From: Squalus acanthias | Taxonomy: Eukaryota | NCBI GenBank assembly: GCA_030390025.1 | Contig: CM059431.1 | Coordinates: 150,600,001 to 150,664,000 of the forward strand | Length of the DNA: 64,000 nt | Direction of reading: 5' to 3' | In this document: positions 24,770-35,587 of the stretch, piece after piece | Layout of the letters: each line of letters begins with the position of its first letter | Position numbering within the stretch: position 1 is the stretch's first letter | Translations under genes and position numbers: made by a program | The notes under the pieces: generated by a model | What the model was told of the DNA's origin: nothing | The model's input: only the letters and a program-made list of their open reading frames with translations | The model's database searches: none

Positions 24770-25484
24770 AGGGAGCATGATTAAGAAGTTTGCAGATGTT
24801 GCAAAAATTGGCCGTGTGTTTCATAGTGAGGAGGAAAGCGGGAGACTGCAGGAAGATATCAATGGACTGGTCAGGTGGGCAGAAAGTTGCAAATGGAATT
24901 CAGTCCGGAGAAGTGTGAGCTAATGCATTTGGGGAGGGCTAACTATGCAAGGGAATACACATAAAAGGTAGGATACTGAGAAATGTAGAGGAACTGAATA
25001 ACCTTGGAGTGCATATCCACAGCTCCCTAAAGGTACCTGGACAGGTAGATAAGGCGGTTAAGAAGGCATACCGGATACTTTACTTTATTAGCCGAGGCAA
25101 AGAATATAAGAGCAGAGAGGTTATTCTTGAACTGTATGAAACACTGGTTACACCACAGCTAGAATACTTCGTGCATTTCTGGTCACCACATTACAGGAAA
25201 GATGTGAGTTCACTGGAGAGGGTGCAGAGATAATTTACGAGGATATTGCCAGGAATGGAGAATGTTAGCTATGAGGAAAGACTGGATAGGCGGGTTTGTT
25301 TTCTTTAGAACAGAGGCGGCAGATGGGAGACTAAATTGAAGTGTATTAAATTATGAGGGGCCGAGATAGATTCGATAGGAAGGACCTATTTCCCAAAGCA
25401 GAGCGGTCAATAACGAGGGGGCATAGATTTGAAGTAATTGGCAGAAGGATTAGAGGGAATTGAGGAGAACTTTTTTTCAGCCAG
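24770..25484 (+). mobile_element. CR1 LINE RT/C-terminal fragment
   Basis: IKKFADVAKIG, PQLEYFVHFWSPHYRKDV. Runs into the derived minisatellite. Confidence 0.85.
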
Positions 25485-25800
25485 AGGGTGGCGGGGGTCT
25501 GGAACTCACTGCCTGATAGGGTGGCGGGGGTCTGGAACTCACTGCCTGAAAGGGTGGCGGGGGTCTGGAACTCACTGCCTGATAGGGTGGCGGGGGTCTG
25601 GAACTCACTGCATGAAAGGGTGGCGGGGGTCTGGAACTCACTGCCTGATAGGGTGGCGGGGGTGTGGAACTCACTGCCTGAAAGGGTGGCGGGGGTCTGG
25701 AACTCACTGCCTGATAGGGTGGCGGGGGTCTGGAAGTCACTGCCTGAAAGGTTGGCGGGGGTCTGGAACTCACTGCCTGAAAGGGTGGCGGGGGTCTGGG
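25485..25800 (+). repeat. 33-bp minisatellite (agggtggcgggggtctggaactcactgcctga[t/a]), about 9.6 copies
   Basis: Near-perfect units; one frame reads RVAGVWNSLP(D/E). Confidence 0.97.
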
Positions 25801-25933
25801 CGTTAGGAGAGAAAGACTCGGGGGAAATGGAACGTTATTGTTTGGCGGGATGTGACAAGTGGAGTTCACCAGGGATCTTTAATGGGACGTCAGCTTTTCA
25901 CCAGATATATTAATGACATGGATAAAGGATTAT

Positions 25934-26113
25934 GGGGGCTGAATTATTCGTGGGTGGTAGTACAAAACGTGCGATAGCGAATCGGCAGCCTGTTGGCTCT
26001 CAATTATCTTTGCCATTGAAGTCAACAGTAAACAAAATCCGGCAGCCTGAAAAGTGGGCTGCCGATTAGGTATCGCCCGTTTTGCGTTGCAGTCCAAGAC
26101 CAATTTCAGCCTC
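25934..26113. mobile_element. Short palindromic MITE-like element
   Basis: Termini ggggctgaatt / aatttcagcctc. Internal inverted pair caaaacgtgcgatagcgaatcggcagcc / ggctgccgattaggtatcgcccgttttg. Confidence 0.65.
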
Positions 26114-26276
26114 AGAGAGTTGCAAATCAAAGTTGCTGGAGGAAATAATTAGCTCCAGAAGAATTCTGACACCAAAGTCCATAAAATGATGATTGACATA
26201 ACGCGTTTCCTTGTAGGGAGGCATATTCATTAGATAAATGGTTGGGAAGGACCAAACCTTCTATTATAAAATATAA

Positions 26277-27035
26277 TGGACCTAAAATTGCGGTCGGAGG
26301 CTTCCCGCGGGCGAATACCTCCGATCCGCAAGAAAAGTACGCACCTACCTGGTCCTTCCATATCTTCCAACTCTTGCAGTCCTGGGCCTGCAGGCGTACG
26401 CCTGCGTAAAGGCCCATGCATCCCAGGAGCGCACGCGGTTCGCAAGCGTCCCTGGGATCACGTGGGCCAGTCCAACCAATCACAAAAAAGATTCCCATTA
26501 TGCTCTGGGGTTTCCATTTACGCATGGAATCCGCATAAGCATATTAGGAATTAAATAAAAACACACTTTCGCACAACCTAAATAAAAATAAAAAAACACT
26601 TGCTTAAATTTAATAAAGATACAATTCAATTAAACATTTAAAACAGCAATGTAATTTTTTGAAATATAAACTTAAACATTTTTAAAGGGGCCAAAAATAA
26701 CCTCACCTAATTTTAAAGATTTTTGAAGGTTTAAATGATTTTTAAAAATATTTTCACCCTTACGCTTGTAAAGGTAGGGCCTACGCCTACTTTTACCAGG
26801 CATAAGTGTTTCGTGGACATTCGCTGGGCAGTAGTCGGGCAAATAGCCCAACTCGCTGCCAGCAAAAGACCACTTCCTGCGCATGTGGATGATCTGTCCA
26901 GCTGAAACTTGACAGGTCGCAAGTTTTGGGTTTGCTTGCATGCATAGCGCACGCGGAAACCCGGAACTTACGGGGCACCTACGACCGCGTACGCTCTGCG
27001 TTCGTAGTCATAGGCCCCATTAGATCCGGGCCATA
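26277..27035 (-). mobile_element. Non-autonomous DNA transposon (~750-bp MITE family)
   Basis: GC-rich ends, AT-rich core and internal hairpin. Homologous in reverse orientation to 44425-45012 and 51808-53226. Confidence 0.7.
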
Positions 27036-27053
27036 AAGTGTCACAACATGTAC

Positions 27054-27444
27054 CTGTGTTTCTCTTTACTTCCGGAGTTGGCTTGGTTTGATCCTGATCG
27101 GCATCCTCAGCTCTGGAGCACTTCAAACTTAATACATCCGGGCTATCTGCTGAGGCTGCCCCTGGGATCAACGTTGCTCCGAGATGATGAGAGATTGCAT
27201 CGTTTGATGGAGCAGCTCCAGGATTTGTGAGTGAGAACAGGCCCGTGACGGATTCCACTGCTACAAGTGTCTGGTTTTCTTTTAAGGTCATATGCTGATA
27301 TTTGCAACATATGTAATTTAACACTGTTCTTAAGCAACTGCAGTTTCCATCACTTCTGGTGACAGCTTGCTCCGGTTGTCTATTGCTGACTTCAGCGGTG
27401 TAGATTGTAGAGTCCATGTTTTTGGCTGTTTCCATACTCGTCAT
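27054..27444 (-). CDS. NLR-like gene, putative first coding exon (no death-fold domain recognised)
   Basis: ATG at 27444 with an upstream in-frame TAG; phase-1 donor ACAG|gtacat matches the next exon. Strong acceptor tgtttttttctcttaccag near 27742. Confidence 0.6.
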
Positions 27445-27784
27445 CGTTTTGCACCCTACTGACCTTTGATTTGATGTCTATTCGCCGTTCCTTGTTAAGA
27501 TGGAATTGATGCGGCTGGAAGCACAGTCTGGATATTGTTTGATCTTATCATTCCTCCCTCTCCCTGTGGATTCAGTCCATCACATGAGGGGATCACTGCG
27601 TTCCCATTACAAAATTAAGCTGTGCCTCATGATACCACCTTCAAAACCTCAGAATTGAATGTTTAATTGTCCTGTTCATAGGTAAATCATTTTCTCTTCC
27701 TGCAGGAGCTGTAGGCGAATGTTTCGAATCAAGTTAATTTCCTGGTAAGAGAAAAAAACAAGGATATACAGTCTTCCAAACATT

Positions 27785-28265
27785 CTTAAGGTGTTGCTAT
27801 GGGAACCTGCATGGGTCCTATCTATGTCTGCCTTTTCGTGGGATATGTGGAACATTGTTTGTTCCAGTCCTACTCATGTCCCCTCCCTCAGCTCTTTTTG
27901 CGGTACATTGATGACTGTATCGGTGTTGTTTCCTGCTCTCGCCCTGAACTAGAAAATGTAATTCATTTTGCTTCCAATTTCCACCCGTCCCTCACATTCA
28001 CATGGTCCATCTCCCACTCTTCCCTTCCCTTCCTCGACTTCTCTCTCTCCATTTATGGGGATACGCTATCGACAAACATCCATTATAAGCCCATTGACTC
28101 CCACAGCTACCTGGAAAACACTTCCTTCCATCCCGCTTCCTGTAAGAAAAAGGTAATCGATCTGAAAAGTAAACTCTGTTTCTCTCTCCACAGATGCTGC
28201 CTGACCTGAGTATTTCCAGCATTTTCTGTTTTTTGTTCAGATTTCCAACATCCACAGTACATTGC
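27785..28265 (+). mobile_element. Penelope-like element RT fragment joined to pLTR tail
   Basis: GVAMGTCMGP...FLRYIDDC...FHPSLTFT...LPFLD...HYKPIDSHSYL...HP, the PLE RT signature. Confidence 0.88.
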
Positions 28266-28471
28266 TTTTGTATTCTTATTTCCCCGGCTCATTATGGAAT
28301 AATTTCAGAAAAAGTTCCGATCAGCATAATTTGAGAGAAGTCAATCCCTGACAATAACCAAATAACTTTTTGCTGTGGTAGATTCAAAATAATAACAAAA
28401 ACAACAATAATAAAATCATTAATATTATTTATTATCAGCATTTTTGTTTAACGTTATCAGGTTGCATACGT

Positions 28472-29871
28472 AGAGAGAAAGTGGGGAATTACAGACCGGT
28501 AAGCCTGACATTGGTAGTGGGGAAAATGCTAGAGTCCATTATAAAGATTGTAATAGCTGAGCTCTTGAAAAACAGTGACAGGATCGGACAAAGTCAACAT
28601 GGATATACGAAAGGTAAATCGTGCTTTACTAATCTACTGGAATTTTTTGAGGATGTACCAGGGAAAATAGATAAGGGAGAACCAGTAGATGTGGTGTATT
28701 TGGACTTTCAAAAGGCTTTCGATAAGGTCACGCATAAGAGATTAGCGTGTAAAGTTAAGGCACATGGGATTAGGGGCAAGGTATTGACTTGGATAGAGAA
28801 CTGGTTGGCGGACAGAAAGCAAAGAGTAGGAATTAATGGCTCTTTTTCCGAGTGGCAAGCAGGGATCGGTCCATGGACCCCAGTTATTCACAATATACAT
28901 TAATGATCTAGATCAGGGAACTAAATGTAATATATCCAAGTTTGCAGATGACACAAAGCTGGGTGGCAGTGTGTGTTGCGAGGAGGATACCGAGAAACTC
29001 CAGGATGATTTGGACAGGTTGGGTGAGTGGGTAGAAGCGTGGCAGATGCAATATAACGTGGATAAATGCGAGGTTATCCACTTTGGTGTCAAAAACAGAA
29101 AGGCACACTATTATCTGAATGGCAATAGATTGGGAGAAGGGAAAGTGCAACGAGACCTGGGTGTCCTTGTGCACCAGTCGCTGAAGGTAAGCATGCAGGT
29201 GCAGCAGGCGGTGAAGAAGGCATTGGTATGTTGGCCTTCATAGCGAAAGGGTTTGAGTATAGGAACAGGGATGTCCTGCTGCAGTTGTACAGGGGCTTTT
29301 TGAGACCACACCTTGAGTACTGTGTGCAGTTTTGGTCGCCTTATCTGAGGATGGATGTTCTTGCCATGGAAGGAGTTCAGCGAAGATTCACAAGGCTCAT
29401 ACCTGGGATGGCAGTAATGACATATGAGGAGAGATTGCGTCGATTGGGCTTATACTCGCTGGAGTATAGAAGAATGAGAGGGGATCTCATCGAAACATAT
29501 AAAATTCTGACAATTCTGGACAGACTGGATGCAGGAAGAATGTTCCCGATGGTCGGAGCGTCCAGAAACAGGGGTCATAATCTAAGGATAAGGGATAAGC
29601 CATTTAGGACAGAAATGAGGAAGAATTTCTTCACCCAGAGAGTGGTGAACCTGTGGAATTCTCTACCACAGAAGGTAGTTGAGGCCAAGTCATTAAATAT
29701 ATTCAAGAATGAGTTAGATATATTTCTTAAATCTAAAGGTATCAAGGGATATGGGGAGAAGACAGGTACAGGGTACTGAGTTTGGCTGATCAGCCATGAT
29801 CTCATCGAATGGCGGAGCAGGCTCGAGGGGCCGAATGGCCTACTTCTGCTCCTATCTTCTATGTTTCTATA
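28472..29871 (+). mobile_element. CR1 LINE, RT through 3' UTR
   Basis: NYRPVSLT, YLDFQKAFDKV, KFADDTKLGG and a (tatgtttc) tail. Same subfamily as 4571-5568. Confidence 0.93.
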
Positions 29872-30259
29872 TTACGGTGTCTTTTTAAATTTAAAATGTC
29901 AATTTTATTTTGCTTTATTAAACAAAGAAACATGGTGCCGTATTATAAGTGTATTTTACTCCGTACCAATCGTAGGTAGCCAGACGAGAATCCATGTTAA
30001 AACATAGGGTGTAAAATTGGTCTTTGGCGCTAGCGATATGGTATATATAGTGATATGTTGCAAGCACTGATACGGTGCAATTCATGCTCATAATCCATGC
30101 CTTACGTTATCTGTCAGCACAAAATATAGGGCAACATTCAGAATGTTGCCCTTTGTCTTTGCAGTAGATCAGTTCTATGGCATATGACTTGTGAGAAGTA
30201 AAATAATGAAGCGTACAAGAATACTCTCACCTTAAAATATCATAACCACTTGGCGAATT

Positions 30260-30675
30260 AGGGTTACGGTAGAATAGTGATTATGTTACTGGACTAATAA
30301 TCCGGAGGCCTGGTCCAATTAATCGAGAGACATGAGTTCATAATCCCACACGCCAATTGTGGCATTCAATTGACGAAATAAATCTGGAAAATAAAAGTAG
30401 TATCAGTAATGTTGTCCATGAAACTACCGGATTGTCGTAAAAACCCATCTGGTTCACTAGTGTCCTTTAGGGAAGGAAATCTGCTGTCCTTACCTGGTCT
30501 GGCTTATATGTGATTCCAGACCTACAGCAACGTGGCTGACTCTTAACTGCCCTCTGAAATGGCCTAGCAAGAAGCTCAGTTGTATTCATCCCCACCCTCT
30601 CAATGGCAATTAGGGATGGGTAATAAATGCTTGCCTTGACATCGATTTCCACATCCCACGAATGAATAAAAATAA
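30260..30675 (+). mobile_element. tRNA-derived SINE with tail shared with the LINE at 23530-24130
   Basis: tRNA-like head, core ggttcactagtgtcctttagggaaggaaatctgc, tail ggcaattagggatgggtaataaatgc...cacatcccacgaatgaataaaaa. Confidence 0.75.
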
Positions 30676-31097
30676 AGTACATTTCTATAATTCCGCTCCT
30701 TGTTTTTCAGTCCACCAATTAGGTGTTGCCCAGTTCTTCAGGACAAGAAATATATTTCATTGTGCACTCGCTACATAAACATTCAATATTCGGGAGATAA
30801 ATAAATCAGAGCAACAGTGTATAATCAATGTAAATATACCGAAGATTGCAGATCAGCAGTATGATTAATCTTATGAACCATCCCCTGGGCGGAGTGCAGA
30901 GAGGACAATTTGGTGGGCAGGATCATATGGTGGTAACCGAGTCCGACTGAACTCCCTTTCACTTAAATTTAATGGAAGGAAATTCAGGCTTGTTCTGGAA
31001 GGGGCGCCAGAATCTTCCCCCAGATATTTTCGCTAAGCATTCCATCGAATTGATGTTTAAGTCGCAAGCGGTAAAGGCGAACTCCTACTCCATTATT

Positions 31098-32457
31098 CAT
31101 AAGAACAAAAGAATTAGGAGCAGGAGTTGTCCATACGGCCCCTCGAGCTTGCTCCCCCATTCGATAAGACCATGGCTGATCATCGACTTCAACTCCACTT
31201 TCCCGCCCGAGCTCCATATCCTTTGATTCCCCTAGAGTCCAAATATCTATCTATATCTGCATTGATTGTAAGATTCAGCATCCAACTCCCTCTGGGGCAG
31301 AGAATTCAAAAGATTCTGAACACACCGTGTGAAGAAATTACTTCTCATCTCAGTCTTAAATGTCCGAACCCTTAGTCTGTGAATATGCCCCCTAGTTCTA
31401 GAGTCTCCATCCAGGTGAAACAAGCTCTCAGCATCTACCCTTTCAATCCCCCTCAGAATCCAATATGTTTTAGTGAGATCCCCTCATTCTTCTAAACTCC
31501 AGAGAATATAGGCCCAATCTACTCAATCTCGCCTCATAGGGCATACCTCTCATCCCAAGATTCAATCTACTGAACCTTCGTTGTACCGTCTCTACGGCAA
31601 GTATATCCTTCCTCAGATAAGGAGATCCAAACTGTGCACAGTACTCCAGGTGTGGTCTCATGAAAGCTTTGTACAATTGTAGCAAAACTTCCTTACTCTT
31701 ATACTCCAACCCCCTTGCATTAAAGGCCAACATCCCATTTGACTTCCTAAATCCTTGCTGTATCTGCCTGCTAACTCTCTGTGTTTCCTGTACGGGGTCA
31801 CCTAACTTTCTCTGTATGTTAAGGCACTTGGGGAGGTGCAGATGGGACTTACAAGAATGGTTCTGGGGATGGGGGTTTGTAGCTATAAGTACAGGTTGGA
31901 GAAGCAGGATTTATTTTCATTAGAGCAAAGGAAATTGAGGGGTGATTTGATAGAAGTGTACAAGATTATTACGGCTTTGAAAAGGCTAGACAGCGAAAGT
32001 CTGTTCCCACTCGTTGATGGTACAAGGACTAGGGGACACCGATTTAAGGTTTTGGGCAAGAGATACAGGGGGTTTGTGAGTAAAAACTTTTTTACGTCGC
32101 GAGTGGTGAGGACCTGGAACTCGCTGCTGACGGACATGGTGGAAGCGGAGACATTCAATATTTTCAAGAGGGGACTGGATAGGCACTTGAGGGAAATAAA
32201 CGTGCAGGGCTACGGGGATAGAGCGGGTGAATGGGACTGACTGGATTACTCTACAGAGATCCGGCACGGTCTCGATGTGCCGAATGGCCTCCTTCTGTGC
32301 CGTTATGACTCTTTGACTCTGTGCCATTGAATAGTTTCTCACCATCCAAAAATGTTCTGTTTTTCTATTCTTCCTAACAATGTGAATAACCTCACATTTA
32401 CCCACATTATACTACTTCTGACACCTTATTGTCCGCTCACTTGACCTGTCTATATCC
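31098..32457 (-). mobile_element. CR1 3' portion interrupted at 31817-32322
   Basis: ORF 31470-31733 (RPHLEYCAQF). The upstream part (GKCEVIH) resumes at 32323-32457. Confidence 0.85.
31817..32322 (+). mobile_element. CR1 3' fragment nested antisense in another CR1
   Basis: LFSLEQRKLRGDLIEVYKI...WNSL and a (tgactct) tail. Same subfamily as 43740-44366. Confidence 0.88.
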
Positions 32458-32469
32458 GGCTATTAAAAA

Positions 32470-33260
32470 CCCGTATGGGAACCTTGGCTTTATTAATAGA
32501 GGAGTAGAGTACAATTGCACGAAAGTTATGCTACAGAGTTAGAAAACGCTGCTTAGGCCTCAGATGCATTATTGTGTTCAATTCAGGGCACCAAATTTTA
32601 GGAAGAATCGCAAGGCCTTGGAGAAGTTGCAGAAGAGATTTGCTAAAATGTTATCAGGATGAGGGACTTTAGTTATGTGGAGAGACTGGAGGAGCTGGGT
32701 TTGTTCTCCTTGGAGCAAAGAAGGTTAAGAGGTTTGATGGAGGTGTTTAAAATCATGAATGCTTTTGATAGAGTTAATATGGAGAAACTGTTTCCAGTGG
32801 CAGAAGAGTCAGCAACCAGAGGACACAGATTTCTGGTAATTAGCAAAAGATCCAGGGGCGACAGGAGGAAACATATTTTTACAGAGCGCGTTGTGATCTG
32901 GAATGCGCTGCCTGAACTGGTGTTGGAAGCAGATTCAATAGTAACATTCAAAAAAGAATTGGATACATATTTGCAGAGAGAAAAAATCATAGGGCTATGG
33001 GGAAAGAGCAGGGCAGTCAAATTAATTGGATAATTCTACCAGAGAGCAGGCACGGGCACGATGGGCCGAATCGCCTCCTTCTGTGCTGTATTATTCTATG
33101 ATTCTACGATATCAACTCCTTAATCATCTTAAAAATCTCAATTAGATCACCTCTTTAATCTTCCATAAGAGAGGGTATACAAACCTAGTCTGTGCATACT
33201 TTTCTCAAAATGTAACCCTCTTCGCCCCGGAATCGTTCAGCTGAATCTGTGCTGCACTGC
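32470..33260 (+). mobile_element. CR1 3' fragment (32470-33107) plus short antisense CR1 fragment
   Basis: ORF 32659-33033 and an (attctatg) tail. Confidence 0.85.
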
Positions 33261-34364
33261 ATTTCGAGTCTACCTTGTTTTGAAAAATTACAACATCTAC
33301 TTCTAAAGCTCAGTGAACGTTATAACATCAGAGTTAATTTGATACTTCGGCCTTGAAACTATTCCCTGTGAAAATTTCCATGGAAATTGTAAGGTTCAAC
33401 CAGAGCGGACTCTGCTGCAATGTCCCCTTCCCCCCACCGTCCAATTGCCTTTTTACTCTGGTTGCCTACCTTCACATTTAAAAGCTAACCACTTGAGGAA
33501 GATATCTTTGCTAAGATATCAAATACCACACTCGGCAAGTGTCAGGAGATTAACTAAAGGGACTACAAATGAAGGAAAGAGGCGCCGTTCAATTTGCGTT
33601 ACTGTGGACTCAGCGGTCACCAGAGGTGGATAATTGAAAAATGCGTCATTTCACCCCGATTGCGGGAGCACAGAAATGATTTATATTACCTCATGTGTGT
33701 ACCTTAAAGAGTCGTTCGCTAGATATTATGCCTACTCGACTTGCTTAACTATTCTCTAAAACTCTGGGCCGAGCAGCGACATATGCCTCAACACGACTGA
33801 CAGCTGCAGCTTAGTCCTGTTCCAATCCGATGATGTCATGTTAAAACCAGCGACCGACTCAAATGGCCTATTGATTCTATAAATACCGCTCGTCCCTGGT
33901 TCAGCCCATTCCAAAGGTTGAACAGCGGGGCACAACTCGGATACAAAATCTCTGGAGACTACAGCTGCACAAAGAATATATCCTTACCGATCAGGCAGCG
34001 AGCATTGCGAGACTTTCTGTATCTCACTGCTACCAAGCAAAGAAACTAGAAGCCAGAATCACCGTCATTCATTTTCACGTAAATCATTTTCGAGTTTGAC
34101 TGGCTTCAAACCTGTCAGTTTTAATCATTTTCCTATTTGTCTTTGTTATCCCTTACCATACTCTGCCTTCCTGATTGTGTTTCCACTGTTTCAAGTTCGC
34201 ACTTTACCGTGTCTAAGATTAGATACAGACACACCTTGATCAAAGGTCGCCTGCATGTGACTGGAAAAGACGTTAGATAATGGAAATCAATTATTAGCCC
34301 ATGAATGCCTTGCTATGACAATGGACGCGTTTGTTCATTTCCCCATACAGATGAACAATACTTC

Positions 34365-34543
34365 CAGAACGGGTGGTGGAAGCAGATTCAATAGTAACAT
34401 TCAAAAGAGAATTGGCTATGTATTTGAAGTGAGCAAATTGCAGGGCTCTGGGGAAAGAGCAGGGGATTGGGACTGATTGGATAGCTCTTTCAAAGATCTG
34501 AATAGGCAGAATGACCGCCTTCTCTGCTGTAAGATTCTATGAT
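34365..34543 (+). mobile_element. CR1 extreme 3' fragment
   Basis: gtggaagcagattcaatagtaacattcaaa...attctatgat. Confidence 0.75.
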
Positions 34544-35030
34544 GAATCATATATGCCACGATATGATGTTACTTATTATTGGCACTGAATTATGTTTCAG
34601 AAATTGCATTCCATTCCTTTACCGTGTATGCAATAAGCTTTTCACACATTTCCGAGGTGCTTATAATGCTGTAATGGTGTTTTTAACATTATCAAAAGCG
34701 GATCCTTCAGCAGCTCTGGATTAAAATCAACTGAGCATTGGTCACCTTACGTTCAGTGTCATGATCTTGTCTAACAGTTTGCATTAAGCTAAATGAAACA
34801 TTCTGCTAAGGTATCGAAAAGGTATTATTTTCTCAGTCGCTCCAGTGTGCGCCCCTTTAGATAGCACAAATCCACACCATGTCACCACGATGGACGCTGT
34901 TGCCTTGTGAGTCCAGTTCTGTAAACATCTGCGGGCATTCGACCGTGGTGGGCATCAGAGTTGAGCCCAGCATTCATAGAGGTGCATTTTCCAGCAAGGG
35001 GACTGGATCAGCATTTATTGAAGGGATATT

Positions 35031-35205
35031 GAGGGGGAATTGTCATTTTGTACGAGAGGGTAAGACGGGTATTAGCGAGTCGACGACCCGCTTTACATCT
35101 CTCCGGATTTTTTTGTTTACATTTAAGTCTTCGGAAGAGATGTATAGCAGGCTGCTATTTCGCTACCGCTCGTCATACGCTATCGCACAGTCAAAATTAC
35201 ACCCA
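35031..35205. mobile_element. Short palindromic MITE-like element (probably the family at 25934-26113)
   Basis: Inverted segments tagcgagtcgacgacccgctttacatctctccg / cggaagagatgtatagcaggctgctatttcgcta; ends in aaaattacaccc. Confidence 0.5.
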
Positions 35206-35587
35206 CTAAGTATTTCCCTTCCAAAGGTCAATACGAGAGAGCCCAATTGTAGCTTTCAAAACTTTGGATTCGGATCAGTGTTGTAATTAAGTAACAACCA
35301 TCTTTTTTGGCGATGTTCCATTTCTCGGTCATGCCTTATCATTACATAAACCAAATCAGACTGCCTGACTGCTCACCCAGACACACAGCTAGACGTTCGA
35401 GTTAATTCCGGACCTCGGCCAATAAAACCAATTCGAGCTTTTCCAGAACGCACATCCGCTTTGTCTTCCGTTAATGTATATGGAAATCGAGGAGGGTAGT
35501 GCTGCGAGTGTGCAATCCTATTGGCCAGATTTTACTCACTGCGCCCTGAGCAGGCAATTCCTAGCGGCCAAGCGGTAAATAATAAGA

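Noticed and set aside
25438..25913. Repetitive ORFs (GWRGSGTHCL, RPPPP, RVAGVWNSLP)
   Set aside because: Products of a 33-bp tandem repeat derived from CR1.
34879..35286. 135-aa ORF
   Set aside because: Overlaps a palindromic MITE-like element; no recognisable domain.
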